A stretch of 51,739 nt of DNA from Fimbriimonadia bacterium (lineage in GTDB: Bacteria > Armatimonadota > Fimbriimonadia > Fimbriimonadales > JABRVX01), in contig JBGPGO010000023.1 in NCBI GenBank assembly GCA_041483895.1, positions 1-51,739 on the forward strand, read 5' to 3'. Below the pieces are notes generated by a model, which worked only from the letters and a program-made list of their open reading frames with translations, searched no databases and had not been told where the DNA came from. Positions 27,873 through 37,133 of this stretch are shown one piece after another (the first letter of the stretch is position 1; the number at the start of each line of letters is the position of its first letter). The translations under genes and the position numbers were made by a program.

Positions 27873-28187
27873 ATGGAAAGCGATTTGGCAACCCTGTTCA
27901 AAGCTCTCGGTGACCCCACGAGACTGCGGATCTTCGAGTTCCTCCGGGACTGCGATTGCTGCTCCATGGCCATCGGGGACTGTGGCGATGTGCGGCCGGC
28001 GGATGGGCCGACGGTCGGGGAGGTGTGTTGTCGAGTGACGGGACTGGAGCGGATCAACTCCACCATCTCCCACCACATCAAGGAGCTAAAGAATGCCGGC
28101 CTCATCACGGTCGAGCGCCGAGGCAAGAACATGATCTGCCGCATCAACCCCGAAGCGATCGGGAAACTGGCAGGCTATTTCAATTAA
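27873..28187 (+). CDS. arsR: ArsR/SmtB family regulator, Cys-rich
   Basis: FKALGDPTRLRI, STISHHIKELKNAGLI; adjacent to arsM. Confidence 0.9.
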   Translation: MESDLATLFKALGDPTRLRIFEFLRDCDCCSMAIGDCGDVRPADGPTVGEVCCRVTGLERINSTISHHIKELKNAGLITVERRGKNMICRINPEAIGKLAGYFN

Positions 28188-28192
28188 AGCGA

Positions 28193-28250
28193 TGGTAGCC
28201 GCACGCTTTAGCTTGCGTTTGTCGGCGCAAGCTAAAGCGTGCGGCTACCA
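28193..28250. repeat. Perfect 25-bp inverted repeat with GTAG ends (REP doublet) between arsR and arsM
   Basis: TGGTAGCCGCACGCTTTAGCTTGCG / CGCAAGCTAAAGCGTGCGGCTACCA; 8-nt loop. Confidence 0.88.
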
Positions 28251-28271
28251 CAGAATTGGAGGGACAACTGA

Positions 28272-29048
28272 ATGGATGTTAGAGATATCGTAAGAGAAAA
28301 GTATGGGAAGCTCGCGCAGATGGCGTTGGAGAACCGGCACGGATCCTGCTGCGGCGAGGGGTCGTGCGCGGAGGACGCCATCACCGGCAACCTGTACGAT
28401 GCGGCGGAAGCGGCCGAAGTGCCGGAGGCTGCGCTGTTGGCCTCCCTCGGCTGCGGCAACCCGACCGCCCTGGCATCGTTGGAACCGGGCGAGGTGGTGC
28501 TGGACCTGGGCAGCGGCGGAGGCGTCGACGTTCTGCTGTCCGCAAAGCGCGTCGGTCCGACCGGATATGCCTATGGGCTGGACATGACGGACGAGATGCT
28601 GGCGCTGGCCGAGAAGAACAAGGCGGAGGCGGGCACGACGAATGTGAAGTTTCTGAAAGGTCACATCGAAGACATTCCGCTCCCGGATGCAAGCGTGGAT
28701 GTGATCATCTCCAACTGTGTGATCAACCTGTCCAGCGACAAGGGGCAGGTGTTGCGTGAGGCCTTCCGCGTCCTTGGCCCGGGCGGCCGATTTGCGGTTT
28801 CCGATATCGTTGTAGACGGGAAACTCCCCGAAGAGGTGCGCTCCGACATGGAGGCCTACGTCGGCTGCATCGCGGGCGCACTGTCCATCGATGACTACAC
28901 GGTCCTCCTCGTCGCCGCCGGCTTCACGGACATCACCATCGAACCCACCCGCCGCTACGATGCCGTCGATCTAGGCCAATCCTGCTGCACCGGCGGCTTC
29001 GACGCCAAGGTCCTCAGCGCCTTTATCCGAGCGAAGAAACCCATGTAG
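28272..29048 (+). CDS. arsM: Arsenite S-adenosylmethionine methyltransferase
   Basis: N-terminal [35 protein letters not shown]. Confidence 0.93.
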   Translation: MDVRDIVREKYGKLAQMALENRHGSCCGEGSCAEDAITGNLYDAAEAAEVPEAALLASLGCGNPTALASLEPGEVVLDLGSGGGVDVLLSAKRVGPTGYAYGLDMTDEMLALAEKNKAEAGTTNVKFLKGHIEDIPLPDASVDVIISNCVINLSSDKGQVLREAFRVLGPGGRFAVSDIVVDGKLPEEVRSDMEAYVGCIAGALSIDDYTVLLVAAGFTDITIEPTRRYDAVDLGQSCCTGGFDAKVLSAFIRAKKPM

Positions 29049-29172
29049 CCACGAGTCCGTCTAGTAGATCCGTGCAGATGCGCGCAACCCTAGTAATTGC
29101 GATACAGATATGAGCGAACTTTCGCGGTACGCTACGATTGGGGTGCGGCCCATTGCAATTCGGAGGCTCAAC

Positions 29173-31257
29173 ATGAGGTTGTCGGCTCTTCTTGCGTTCA
29201 CTGCTCTCGTGATGCTCGCCTCGGCACAAGGCATCAAAGACGACGCCCGGCTCTCCAAGCCGGTCACCGCTAAATTCCACAGCATGACGATGCACGACCT
29301 GCTGGCAAAACTTGGTAGGCAGGCGGGGATCGAGTTGACCGCGGATGCATCCATCAAAGACCGCATGGTGTACGTCTCGCCGAGGGGTAAGCCTCTTGCG
29401 GATCTCCTTGAAAAGATCGCGCAAACGTTCGATCTCACCTGGTACCGCACGGTGGACGGCTACAAACTGCGCCGTTCCAAAGAGCAGGCCGATCAACTCG
29501 AAGCCGAACGCGCCAAAATGCGCCGGATCAATTCGAAGAAGTTCGTTGAAGGTGTCAAGAAGGAGTTGGCCTCTCGCCGCACTCTTGCAGCCCTTACGGA
29601 TTCAGAACGCGAGGAGCAAATCGCCGAATTGAAAAAGATGCCGGAGGGCCAGCGCGCTCGGACCGACGACGAGACCTTGTGGGCCGCCCAGGAGATTGCA
29701 CTACCGGATGCAAGATTTGCTTTGCAAATCATGACGTCGCTTTCCGATCGCGACTGGGAAAGATTGGCGAAAGATGGCCTGCTCGTGTGTTCGACAAAGC
29801 CGGCTTCGGGAGAGGTCTCGCTTCCCGAAACTGTTAAGAAGATGGCGGCCGCATGGCAGAGCCACGAACAGGAAGAACGCGCGCAGACACCCATTTACAT
29901 TTTCGATCGTTGGGCGCCAAGAACGAGCGTTCCGAACCCGGAGCTATTGGAGCCGGGCTCAAACTTCGAAGTCATAGTTTGGTTTAGGACGCCTTACGAA
30001 GAAGATCCTAGCTTTACTGTTCCCCGGTGGTTAGAGGCAACAGTCGCATTGGTCGATCGATCGGGCAAGATCGGCGTAATCGCGGAACAAGGGACACTAT
30101 TTGTAAACTCGACGGCGGAGGAAGAGGAGCGCACCGATCCTCTATTCGCTCGCGCGTACAAGCCCCCGAAAGAACTGGCAGAAATTAGTAGGAACCGCGA
30201 ATCCTTTAGTAGGGCGTACCGAAGCCATGAGCGAGGTTTCTTCGAGCCACTCGATCTCGTCGTCGGACCCCTCCTCGACGACATCTCATCAAAGATGGAT
30301 GTGCCGATCGTTGTGGCGGTTTGCGACAACCTCATCACCGCTGATCTGGACCAGGTACCTGACGAATTGGAGTACACGCTCGGTTGGCTGGACCTCGGAC
30401 ATGTAGATTATGTCAAGCAGGACGGCTGGCTCCTTGGAAAGCCTTCATTGGAACGCAGAATGGTTGGCGAAACATCGTGCCCGCGGCCGATTCTTAAGCG
30501 GCTCTTCGCAATGCTCTCCGCGCCGAAAGTTCCGAGCGTAGAAACGCTGACGGAGATGGTTGGCGGGCTCGGATGGCGTGGATGCGAATCGCTCTGCGAG
30601 GTCCTCGGCCAAACCTGGCCAGAACTAAATACATTTCCTTCAGATTTCAATACAATTCTGTTCCTTGCCCAACTCACCCCCCTGGAGCGATCGCGACTAT
30701 TCCGGGAACGAAAACTCGCAATTTCAGCGCTGACTGCGTCCCAAAGGCGAGCGATTGTAGACCTGCTCCTTGCGTCCACAGTCCATGGAGGAGGTTTTGA
30801 TCGCTACAATGAGATTCCGCTCATGCGGAGATCCGGCATACCGGATGATGCCGAGATTGCATTGGCTTATTCGGTGGGATTCCATGGCTACCTGGAGAAG
30901 TATGCATCCGGATCAGAATCCGACAGAACAGAAACACGCCCTTGCTATTCATACAGACTGCTCGAAGAACCGGCTGCCGAGTACGAAGAGCTGATGACGC
31001 GGGATACCCAGGCCGCCACTGATTCGGAAGATGACTTCCAATACAATTCCGTTGTGGTGCGAGGATCGGGATGGAGTATCCGGATCGATTTGATTATACA
31101 AGGCGCTTATTATGCTGATCTCGGTACATCGATGATGCTGCCGTTTTCTGATACCGCTGTCGATTTGAACCATCCGCCAAGGGATTTGGCGGAATACCTT
31201 GCCAAAGGCAAAGTTGAACTCGAGAAGCAGCGCCGGGATGGAAACGGCGGCGATTGA
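29173..31257 (+). CDS. Secreted hypothetical protein with STN-like N-terminal domain
   Basis: GGAGG RBS, signal peptide, LSKPVT...L.DLLAKL....GIEL pattern. Confidence 0.55.
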   Translation: MRLSALLAFTALVMLASAQGIKDDARLSKPVTAKFHSMTMHDLLAKLGRQAGIELTADASIKDRMVYVSPRGKPLADLLEKIAQTFDLTWYRTVDGYKLRRSKEQADQLEAERAKMRRINSKKFVEGVKKELASRRTLAALTDSEREEQIAELKKMPEGQRARTDDETLWAAQEIALPDARFALQIMTSLSDRDWERLAKDGLLVCSTKPASGEVSLPETVKKMAAAWQSHEQEERAQTPIYIFDRWAPRTSVPNPELLEPGSNFEVIVWFRTPYEEDPSFTVPRWLEATVALVDRSGKIGVIAEQGTLFVNSTAEEEERTDPLFARAYKPPKELAEISRNRESFSRAYRSHERGFFEPLDLVVGPLLDDISSKMDVPIVVAVCDNLITADLDQVPDELEYTLGWLDLGHVDYVKQDGWLLGKPSLERRMVGETSCPRPILKRLFAMLSAPKVPSVETLTEMVGGLGWRGCESLCEVLGQTWPELNTFPSDFNTILFLAQLTPLERSRLFRERKLAISALTASQRRAIVDLLLASTVHGGGFDRYNEIPLMRRSGIPDDAEIALAYSVGFHGYLEKYASGSESDRTETRPCYSYRLLEEPAAEYEELMTRDTQAATDSEDDFQYNSVVVRGSGWSIRIDLIIQGAYYADLGTSMMLPFSDTAVDLNHPPRDLAEYLAKGKVELEKQRRDGNGGD

Positions 31258-31280
31258 GCCACTGCGGGCGTGATCTGCCT

Positions 31281-31304
31281 TGCCGGCTAGGAGCCGGCGT
31301 TACG
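31281..31304 (-). repeat. REP family A copy
   Basis: Reverse complement contains GTAACGCCGGCTCCTAGCCGGCA. Confidence 0.7.
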
Positions 31305-31528
31305 CAGCAAAGATCCCTCCACAGTGCAAAACAGGACACTCATGTTCCCACTGGCCTTCTGCATTTGGCGGAAATCTGCAACCGGACCTGCGGCTACATG
31401 GGCTTGCCTCTCGCAATTGAAGAATGAAACGGCCCGGCGCTGATGGTCGAGGACGAGAAGATCGTTCATGCACTTCAATAGGAAGGCGCACCGCGGCATA
31501 GAAAGAGATTCGCAGAGGAGGAGGGGAC

Positions 31529-33520
31529 ATGCAGACGCACTTTGGGTTGATGCTGGTAGCGCTGGTTGCCGCGGCGGCGGGTTGGGCCGTAACGCCCACA
31601 TCGGCCGAGATAGCACGTGCCCACGAGTGGTCTGCGGCGCGGTTTGGCGGACGGAAGGGCGCCACAGCCGATCCGCCGTTTTCGTTCACCTACGACGGGC
31701 ATCCCTCCGCGGAATTCCTGAAAACCTGGAATGTGAAACGCTCCGAGCGCAAGCTGGATAGTGCGAGGACCGAGCGAGTCGCAACCTATTCGGACCCGGC
31801 AACCGGCCTCGTCGTCACTTGCCACGCCATCGAGTACCGCGACTTCCCAACCGTCGAATGGACCCTGCGCTTCAAAAACACTGGCGCGACCGACACCCCC
31901 ATCCTCTCGGACATCCGGCCGTTGGACACGACTTTCACCGGCGGCGAATTCAAATTGCACTATCACACGGGCGACAACTGCACCGCCGACAGCTACGCTC
32001 CCCACGTCGAAGTCATGGGCCCCAACGCAGTCAAGCAGGTGGCTTCGGCCGGCGGGCGGCCCACGACCGGCGGCTACCCATACTTCAATGTGGAGATGCC
32101 TGCCGGTGGCGTAATCGTTGTGATTAGCTGGGGAGGTCAGTGGTCCGCCGAATTCCAACGCGACGGCGCCAAAACCTTGCGGGTCCGGGCAGGGCAAGAG
32201 TTGACCCATTTCACGCTGCACCCGGGAGAGGATGTCGGCTCGCCGCTCGCCGTGCTTCAATTCTACGATGGCGATTGGATACGGTCGCAGAACATCTGGC
32301 GGCGATGGATGATCGCCCATAACCTACCACGACCGGGCGGCAAGCTGCCGTCTCCCTTTCGGTATGGATGCGACGGCGATTTCTTCCCCGGGCTGATGAC
32401 CAATGAGGAGGGTGAGAAGCAGTTCATCAACCGCTTCTGCGAAGAGGGCCTGACTCCAGACACGTGGGACGTGGACGCCGGGTGGTATCCGTGCGATCCG
32501 AGGATCGGTTGGCCGCAAGTCGGGACATGGGCGCCGGAACCGAAGCGGTATCCGAACGGCCTGAAGGCTGTGAGCGACCACCTGCACTCGAAGGGCATTA
32601 AGCTGATCCTTTGGTTCGAGCCGGAGCGGGTTTTTGCCGGCACATGGCTCGCGAGGAACCATCCGGAATGGATATACGGCGGCGCTGAGGGTGGACTTCT
32701 GAAACTCGGCGTGCTGGAGTGCCGCAAGTGGATCACCGATCGAGTTGACAATCTCATCACGACCCAGGGTGTGGATATCTACCGGCAGGATTTCAACATA
32801 GCCCCCCTTGACTACTGGCGCGCGAATGATGCCGAGGACCGGCAGGGCATCACGGAGATTCGCCATGTGGAGGCCTATTACGCCTTCTGGGATGATCTGC
32901 GCCGCCGCCACCCCAACCTGCTGATAGACACTTGCGCCTCCGGTGGCAGGCGCAACAATCTCGAAACGCTCCGGCGGTCGGTGCCGATCCTGCGAAGCGA
33001 CTATGTTTCGGAGCCGATTGGCAATCAGGGACACACGTACGGGCTGTCGATGTGGGTGCCGTTTTACGGTACCGGACAATATTTGACCGACGCCTACAAG
33101 ATTCGCAGTTGCATGGCCCCAATCTTCGGCCTGGGAACAGACGTGCGGAAGGAAGGAAACGACTGGGACCTGGCGCGGCAGATGGTCAAGGAATGGCGGT
33201 GGCTCACTGGGATCATGCTCGGCGATTTCTATCCGTTGACGCCGTACAGCCTCGAAAAGAACGCCTGGATCGCTTGGGAATTCGATCTTCCGGAGAAGGG
33301 AGAGGGAGTGGCTCTGGCTTTCCGCCGTGACGACTGCGCGGAGGAGTCCCTCGTCCTACGGCCGCAAGGGCTGGATCCGATGGCCACTTATCTCGTCGAG
33401 TACAAGGACACAGGAAAGTCGGAGAAGATGACCGGCAAAAGGCTGGCGGACGATGGCGTCACCGTCACCGTTCCGGATCGCCCTGGGTCCACCATCGTCT
33501 CTTACCGGCGGATTCGGTAG
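31529..33520 (+). CDS. Glycoside hydrolase family 36 (alpha-galactosidase-like), secreted
   Basis: DVDAGW, LWFEPERV, RQDFN, DTCASGGRR. Confidence 0.85.
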   Translation: MQTHFGLMLVALVAAAAGWAVTPTSAEIARAHEWSAARFGGRKGATADPPFSFTYDGHPSAEFLKTWNVKRSERKLDSARTERVATYSDPATGLVVTCHAIEYRDFPTVEWTLRFKNTGATDTPILSDIRPLDTTFTGGEFKLHYHTGDNCTADSYAPHVEVMGPNAVKQVASAGGRPTTGGYPYFNVEMPAGGVIVVISWGGQWSAEFQRDGAKTLRVRAGQELTHFTLHPGEDVGSPLAVLQFYDGDWIRSQNIWRRWMIAHNLPRPGGKLPSPFRYGCDGDFFPGLMTNEEGEKQFINRFCEEGLTPDTWDVDAGWYPCDPRIGWPQVGTWAPEPKRYPNGLKAVSDHLHSKGIKLILWFEPERVFAGTWLARNHPEWIYGGAEGGLLKLGVLECRKWITDRVDNLITTQGVDIYRQDFNIAPLDYWRANDAEDRQGITEIRHVEAYYAFWDDLRRRHPNLLIDTCASGGRRNNLETLRRSVPILRSDYVSEPIGNQGHTYGLSMWVPFYGTGQYLTDAYKIRSCMAPIFGLGTDVRKEGNDWDLARQMVKEWRWLTGIMLGDFYPLTPYSLEKNAWIAWEFDLPEKGEGVALAFRRDDCAEESLVLRPQGLDPMATYLVEYKDTGKSEKMTGKRLADDGVTVTVPDRPGSTIVSYRRIR

Positions 33521-33553
33521 GAGGGAATCGAAGAGTAGGGGCTTCTTCCAAAA

Positions 33554-33645
33554 CCACCCGGCGGTATGGTGCCTCCGATCTGGGCCAATCCTGCTGCACC
33601 GGCGGCTTCGCCGGCAAAATCCTCAGCGCCTTAATCCGCGCCAAA
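33554..33645 (+). pseudogene. Diverged remnant of the arsM 3' end
   Basis: Translates [30 protein letters not shown] versus Ars[31 protein letters not shown]; 28-bp identical core. Confidence 0.85.
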
Positions 33646-33660
33646 GAGGAATCGTCATGC

Positions 33661-35367
33661 TTACCAATCCCCAACCAGGCCGAAGTTGCGAAAAACGATG
33701 GAGATATCTTTCAGGTCGATATGGCCGTCAGCGTTGAGGTCCCAAGGGTCATCTATCGGCACGGACCCGTTGCCGGTGTAATTCATGAATAGATTGGTCA
33801 AATCGTATATCGTAACTTGATCATCCGCATCGGTATCGCCGCAGATATAGAAGATCGGCTCGCTCACGTCTCCTTGGCTCAGATCGGCCGAAAATGCTTT
33901 GTTGAGAAACATCGGAAAACTGGAATGAAACGTCAAGTTCATCGCCGGAAGATCGAGCGCAAACGAGTGACCGGCTTGAAAAGTTATCGTGCGGCTACCT
34001 AAGAATTGACCTTGCTCGTCAAAAATCCCGATGCTCGTCTTGCTGGTCGGCACGCCAGTTCTTCCGTCAAAGGTCGCGGTTACGGTCAAGTAGTTCGTGC
34101 TTCCAGCCGGAACACGCAGGTACACATCCGGAACACTGTTGCCATCTAAAGGGACTAGAGGATCAAATGTGTCAAATGCCACCCCGAGTCGACCATTGGC
34201 AACGGAAGGATATCCGCAATAGTCCTTAGCCGCGACATTAATGGTGGACTTGGATGCCAACTCCGTTATCCCGGTGGAAAGCTCGCGCCAATAGATACTG
34301 CCATTCGCATTCGCAGAGTTCGGCGCCAAGTTGCTCGCCTTTGACATCAACGCAATCGATTTGCCATCCCTGCTTATGCACGGCCAATTGCAGTCATTGT
34401 TTGCCGCTTCGCCAGCCGTAGAAACGGAGAGAAGCTCCAGTGTGCCGGTCGCCAGATTCCGGCCGAAAATTTGTTGGCGTGTCGTTGGACGATCGACAAG
34501 CAAGGCAGCCTTCGAAGCAAAAACTACGTAACTTCCATCCCCGCGGATACAGGGAGAGACGCCACTGTGCGCGCCAGCGGACCCGTCGCTTCGCGAGGAG
34601 ATCAATACGGTCGTTCTGGCGAGTCGATCTCGCAAGTACACGTCAGGATCCCCATTGGTGTCATTTTGTTCCGGGTTCTTGGCCGACGTGGTGAATACTA
34701 CGAATCGTCCGCCATCATCGATGATTGGGGCGTTGGTGAAGCTCTGTTCGGCGCCCACAATGGCGCCCTGTGTGAACTGGGAGACGAGATCAATTCGCCC
34801 AGTATCTACATCGCACACGAAAGCGTGCAGAAATGCTTGCAATTGGCCCGGCGCAAATTTCGTTGCCTTAGAGAAAAATGCGACATGTTTTCCGTCGGGT
34901 GTAATGTGCGGAATATAGGAATCTTCGTTCCCTGCTTGACCCGAAAGATTGACGCTTATGCAAGTCGTCGTGTTTTGAAGCCTATCATGCAGATAGATTT
35001 GCGATTTGCCATTTGTATTTGTTTGAGAGAGGTTCGATCCGTAGCTATCAAATGCGACGAATCTCCCATCGCCCGAAACGGATCCGAAATTGCAGACATG
35101 GTTGGCAACATTGCCTTCCGAATCAACTGAAACAATCTCCATTTGCCCCGTGAGCATGTCTCGAAAGTATATTTGCGGCCCTTTGGCGCTAATCGTGCCC
35201 GCCTGAAAGACGACATATCTGCCATTTGGACTAACATGCGCGGACCATGCGTAACCGTGAGAGAGTGGACCCGTCGGATTGATGGAAACGAGCGAAGTAG
35301 TCCCGGGCTGTGCGTTTGACCGGATGATCGCGCCAATGATACAGAAAACAAGGCAGAGTTTCGTCAT
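33661..35367 (-). CDS. Secreted TolB/PD40-like beta-propeller protein with dockerin-like tail
   Basis: Repeats S.DGR.VAF.S.A.NL...D.N...D(V/I)Y; tail DLNADGHIDLKDISIVFRNFGLVGDW. Confidence 0.8.
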   Translation of the reverse strand: MTKLCLVFCIIGAIIRSNAQPGTTSLVSINPTGPLSHGYAWSAHVSPNGRYVVFQAGTISAKGPQIYFRDMLTGQMEIVSVDSEGNVANHVCNFGSVSGDGRFVAFDSYGSNLSQTNTNGKSQIYLHDRLQNTTTCISVNLSGQAGNEDSYIPHITPDGKHVAFFSKATKFAPGQLQAFLHAFVCDVDTGRIDLVSQFTQGAIVGAEQSFTNAPIIDDGGRFVVFTTSAKNPEQNDTNGDPDVYLRDRLARTTVLISSRSDGSAGAHSGVSPCIRGDGSYVVFASKAALLVDRPTTRQQIFGRNLATGTLELLSVSTAGEAANNDCNWPCISRDGKSIALMSKASNLAPNSANANGSIYWRELSTGITELASKSTINVAAKDYCGYPSVANGRLGVAFDTFDPLVPLDGNSVPDVYLRVPAGSTNYLTVTATFDGRTGVPTSKTSIGIFDEQGQFLGSRTITFQAGHSFALDLPAMNLTFHSSFPMFLNKAFSADLSQGDVSEPIFYICGDTDADDQVTIYDLTNLFMNYTGNGSVPIDDPWDLNADGHIDLKDISIVFRNFGLVGDW

Positions 35368-35482
35368 GCGACTTTCCTCACAGAGAATTATAACATGGAA
35401 GAACGAAATTATGGGTTGATTAGCCTTAATCGTGACCTAAATCATTTTGGCCCGGTGGCCACCCACCTGGCAGTGAAGATCG

Positions 35483-35553
35483 TGCCGCCTGGAAGCCGGC
35501 GCTACGTGATGAGGCAGATTAGATCCTTTCAAAGTCGCACTGTGAAGGGATTT
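35483..35553. repeat. REP family A copy followed by a CCCTTCACAGT-type hairpin
   Basis: Reverse complement GTAGCGCCGGCTTCCAGGCGGCA; ATCCTTTCAAAGT-CGC-ACTGTGAAGGGAT matches the hairpin at 37070. Confidence 0.7.
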
Positions 35554-35706
35554 AGATCAACGGCTAGCCGGTGTGACGTGATCGCCGCGGGTTCCCGCTC
35601 GTAACCGTTCGGCGCCTCGTTGAGATCCTCGACGCCCAGCGAGGGAGACGAGCAAAGCGAATCGCGACCGTTCTAAGGCCGCACGGCTCGGGCCCCTAGC
35701 CAGAAG

Positions 35707-36906
35707 CTAGCGAGACTTCAGTGCTCGTCCCGGCGCAAACACCGACCTGACCGCCTCCAAATACTTCATGCCGTGTACGGTGTCGGGTTCCAAGTAGCTT
35801 CCCTCGGTCCATTCGTTCCAACAGTTGATGTTCAGAATGCGCGGACCGACTTTTCGATCTAGCAGCCGACGTTTGGCCATCTCCAGCGCTTCCCGGAACC
35901 TATCGGGTGTGTTGCCGCTGATCGTGTTCGTGAACGGGTAGCCGGAGTTGTCGAACGTGTCCCGCTGGTCGGCGCGTGGGCTAGGATCCCAACCCATCGT
36001 GACGTTGGGAAAGTAAGGAACGCTAAACTGGCGCTCAGCGGCCTGCCAGTACTGGAAGTAGGCATCTCGGACGAAGTTGTAGTCGGTCTGCTGCGCCGGT
36101 AGCGAGACATGGTGGATCCAAACGTATGAGGTCACGGAGTCGAAGCCCAAATCCTTGACCAGCTTCCCAATGTCGGCAGGCTTCCCTGCGCCTGGGAGAA
36201 TCGTCTGGCCCCAGACGACCGCGTTCAGGTGCAAGCCGGGCAGCCCGGCGGCGACCGCTTTCGCTCTCAATCGGTCGAGGGCGGCGCGGGTCGCCTCAAC
36301 CGAACCAAAGTTTTCCAGCAGCTTCGTGAGATCGTAAAACGAGAAATAGGGCTTGCCGTCGATCTTCCAGTAGGAAGGATGGCGGAAGTAGTCCTTGACC
36401 AGGTGGTCGCCAATCGTATCAAAGGTTTCCGGTGAGACGCGGCCCCGGTAGAGCACCTTTTGCGCCGTGCCCTTGCGGTAGGGCTGGATGTCGAGCCAAT
36501 CGTGGTTTGCCCACATCAGGGCGAACTTCAGGCGCTTGTTGTTCCGGGCCTTCAGAAAGCCGCGATCGATGGGCCTGTCGAGAAATGGACCGTCATCGTA
36601 GTAGTACCAGTCAAAGATGAACGCGTCGATACCGTGGTCCGCCGCCGCGTCGATCTTCTTCGCCATCATGGCCGGGTCGGATTCGTCGGTGTATCCCCAA
36701 AGCGGTACGTTTGGTTGGTGGTGCCCCGGGAATCGTGGTTTGGCGGCCTTGACCAGCTCCCATTCGGACCATCCGGGTCCCTTTGCTTTTACGTTTCGGG
36801 GGTCGCCAGGATGGTAGTTGCCGAAGTAGTAGCTGACAACGGTGATTCGGTCCGGCGGAGGCGTTGCTGCAGCAATCAGGGCAATCAAAACGGCGATGCA
36901 CATCAT
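35707..36906 (-). CDS. GH99-like / WbsX-family glycoside hydrolase
   Basis: WSEWELVK.A.PRF.GH.QP, GIDAF.FDWY, MWANHDW, GWD.SPR, NCWNEWTEGSYLEPD. Confidence 0.85.
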   Translation of the reverse strand: MMCIAVLIALIAAATPPPDRITVVSYYFGNYHPGDPRNVKAKGPGWSEWELVKAAKPRFPGHHQPNVPLWGYTDESDPAMMAKKIDAAADHGIDAFIFDWYYYDDGPFLDRPIDRGFLKARNNKRLKFALMWANHDWLDIQPYRKGTAQKVLYRGRVSPETFDTIGDHLVKDYFRHPSYWKIDGKPYFSFYDLTKLLENFGSVEATRAALDRLRAKAVAAGLPGLHLNAVVWGQTILPGAGKPADIGKLVKDLGFDSVTSYVWIHHVSLPAQQTDYNFVRDAYFQYWQAAERQFSVPYFPNVTMGWDPSPRADQRDTFDNSGYPFTNTISGNTPDRFREALEMAKRRLLDRKVGPRILNINCWNEWTEGSYLEPDTVHGMKYLEAVRSVFAPGRALKSR

Positions 36907-37069
36907 GAGTTAACCTCGGTCTTGTTGGCGGCGCTAGCGTCGAAACGGCGGAGGACACACGTGGCGCTAAGCGTCGAACGTATCATCTTACTGCATGTTC
37001 GCAGGGCCGAGCGAATCGAGGGCCGGATCACACAGCCACCATCACTTCGAAGTCGGCGCACCGCAAGAA

Positions 37070-37133
37070 AAATCCCTTCACAGTCGCACTGTGAAGGGAT
37101 TTCCTGAAATCTGCCGCCTGGAAGGCAGCGTTA
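37070..37133. terminator. 15-bp perfect hairpin plus REP family A copy downstream of clpC
   Basis: AAATCCCTTCACAGT-CGC-ACTGTGAAGGGATTT with a short T-run on the minus strand; REP 37112-37133 includes the clpC TAA. Confidence 0.6.

Noticed and set aside
27524..36906. tRNA-anchored prophage or integrative element
   Set aside because: No integrase, phage genes or duplicated tRNA 3' end were seen in the window.
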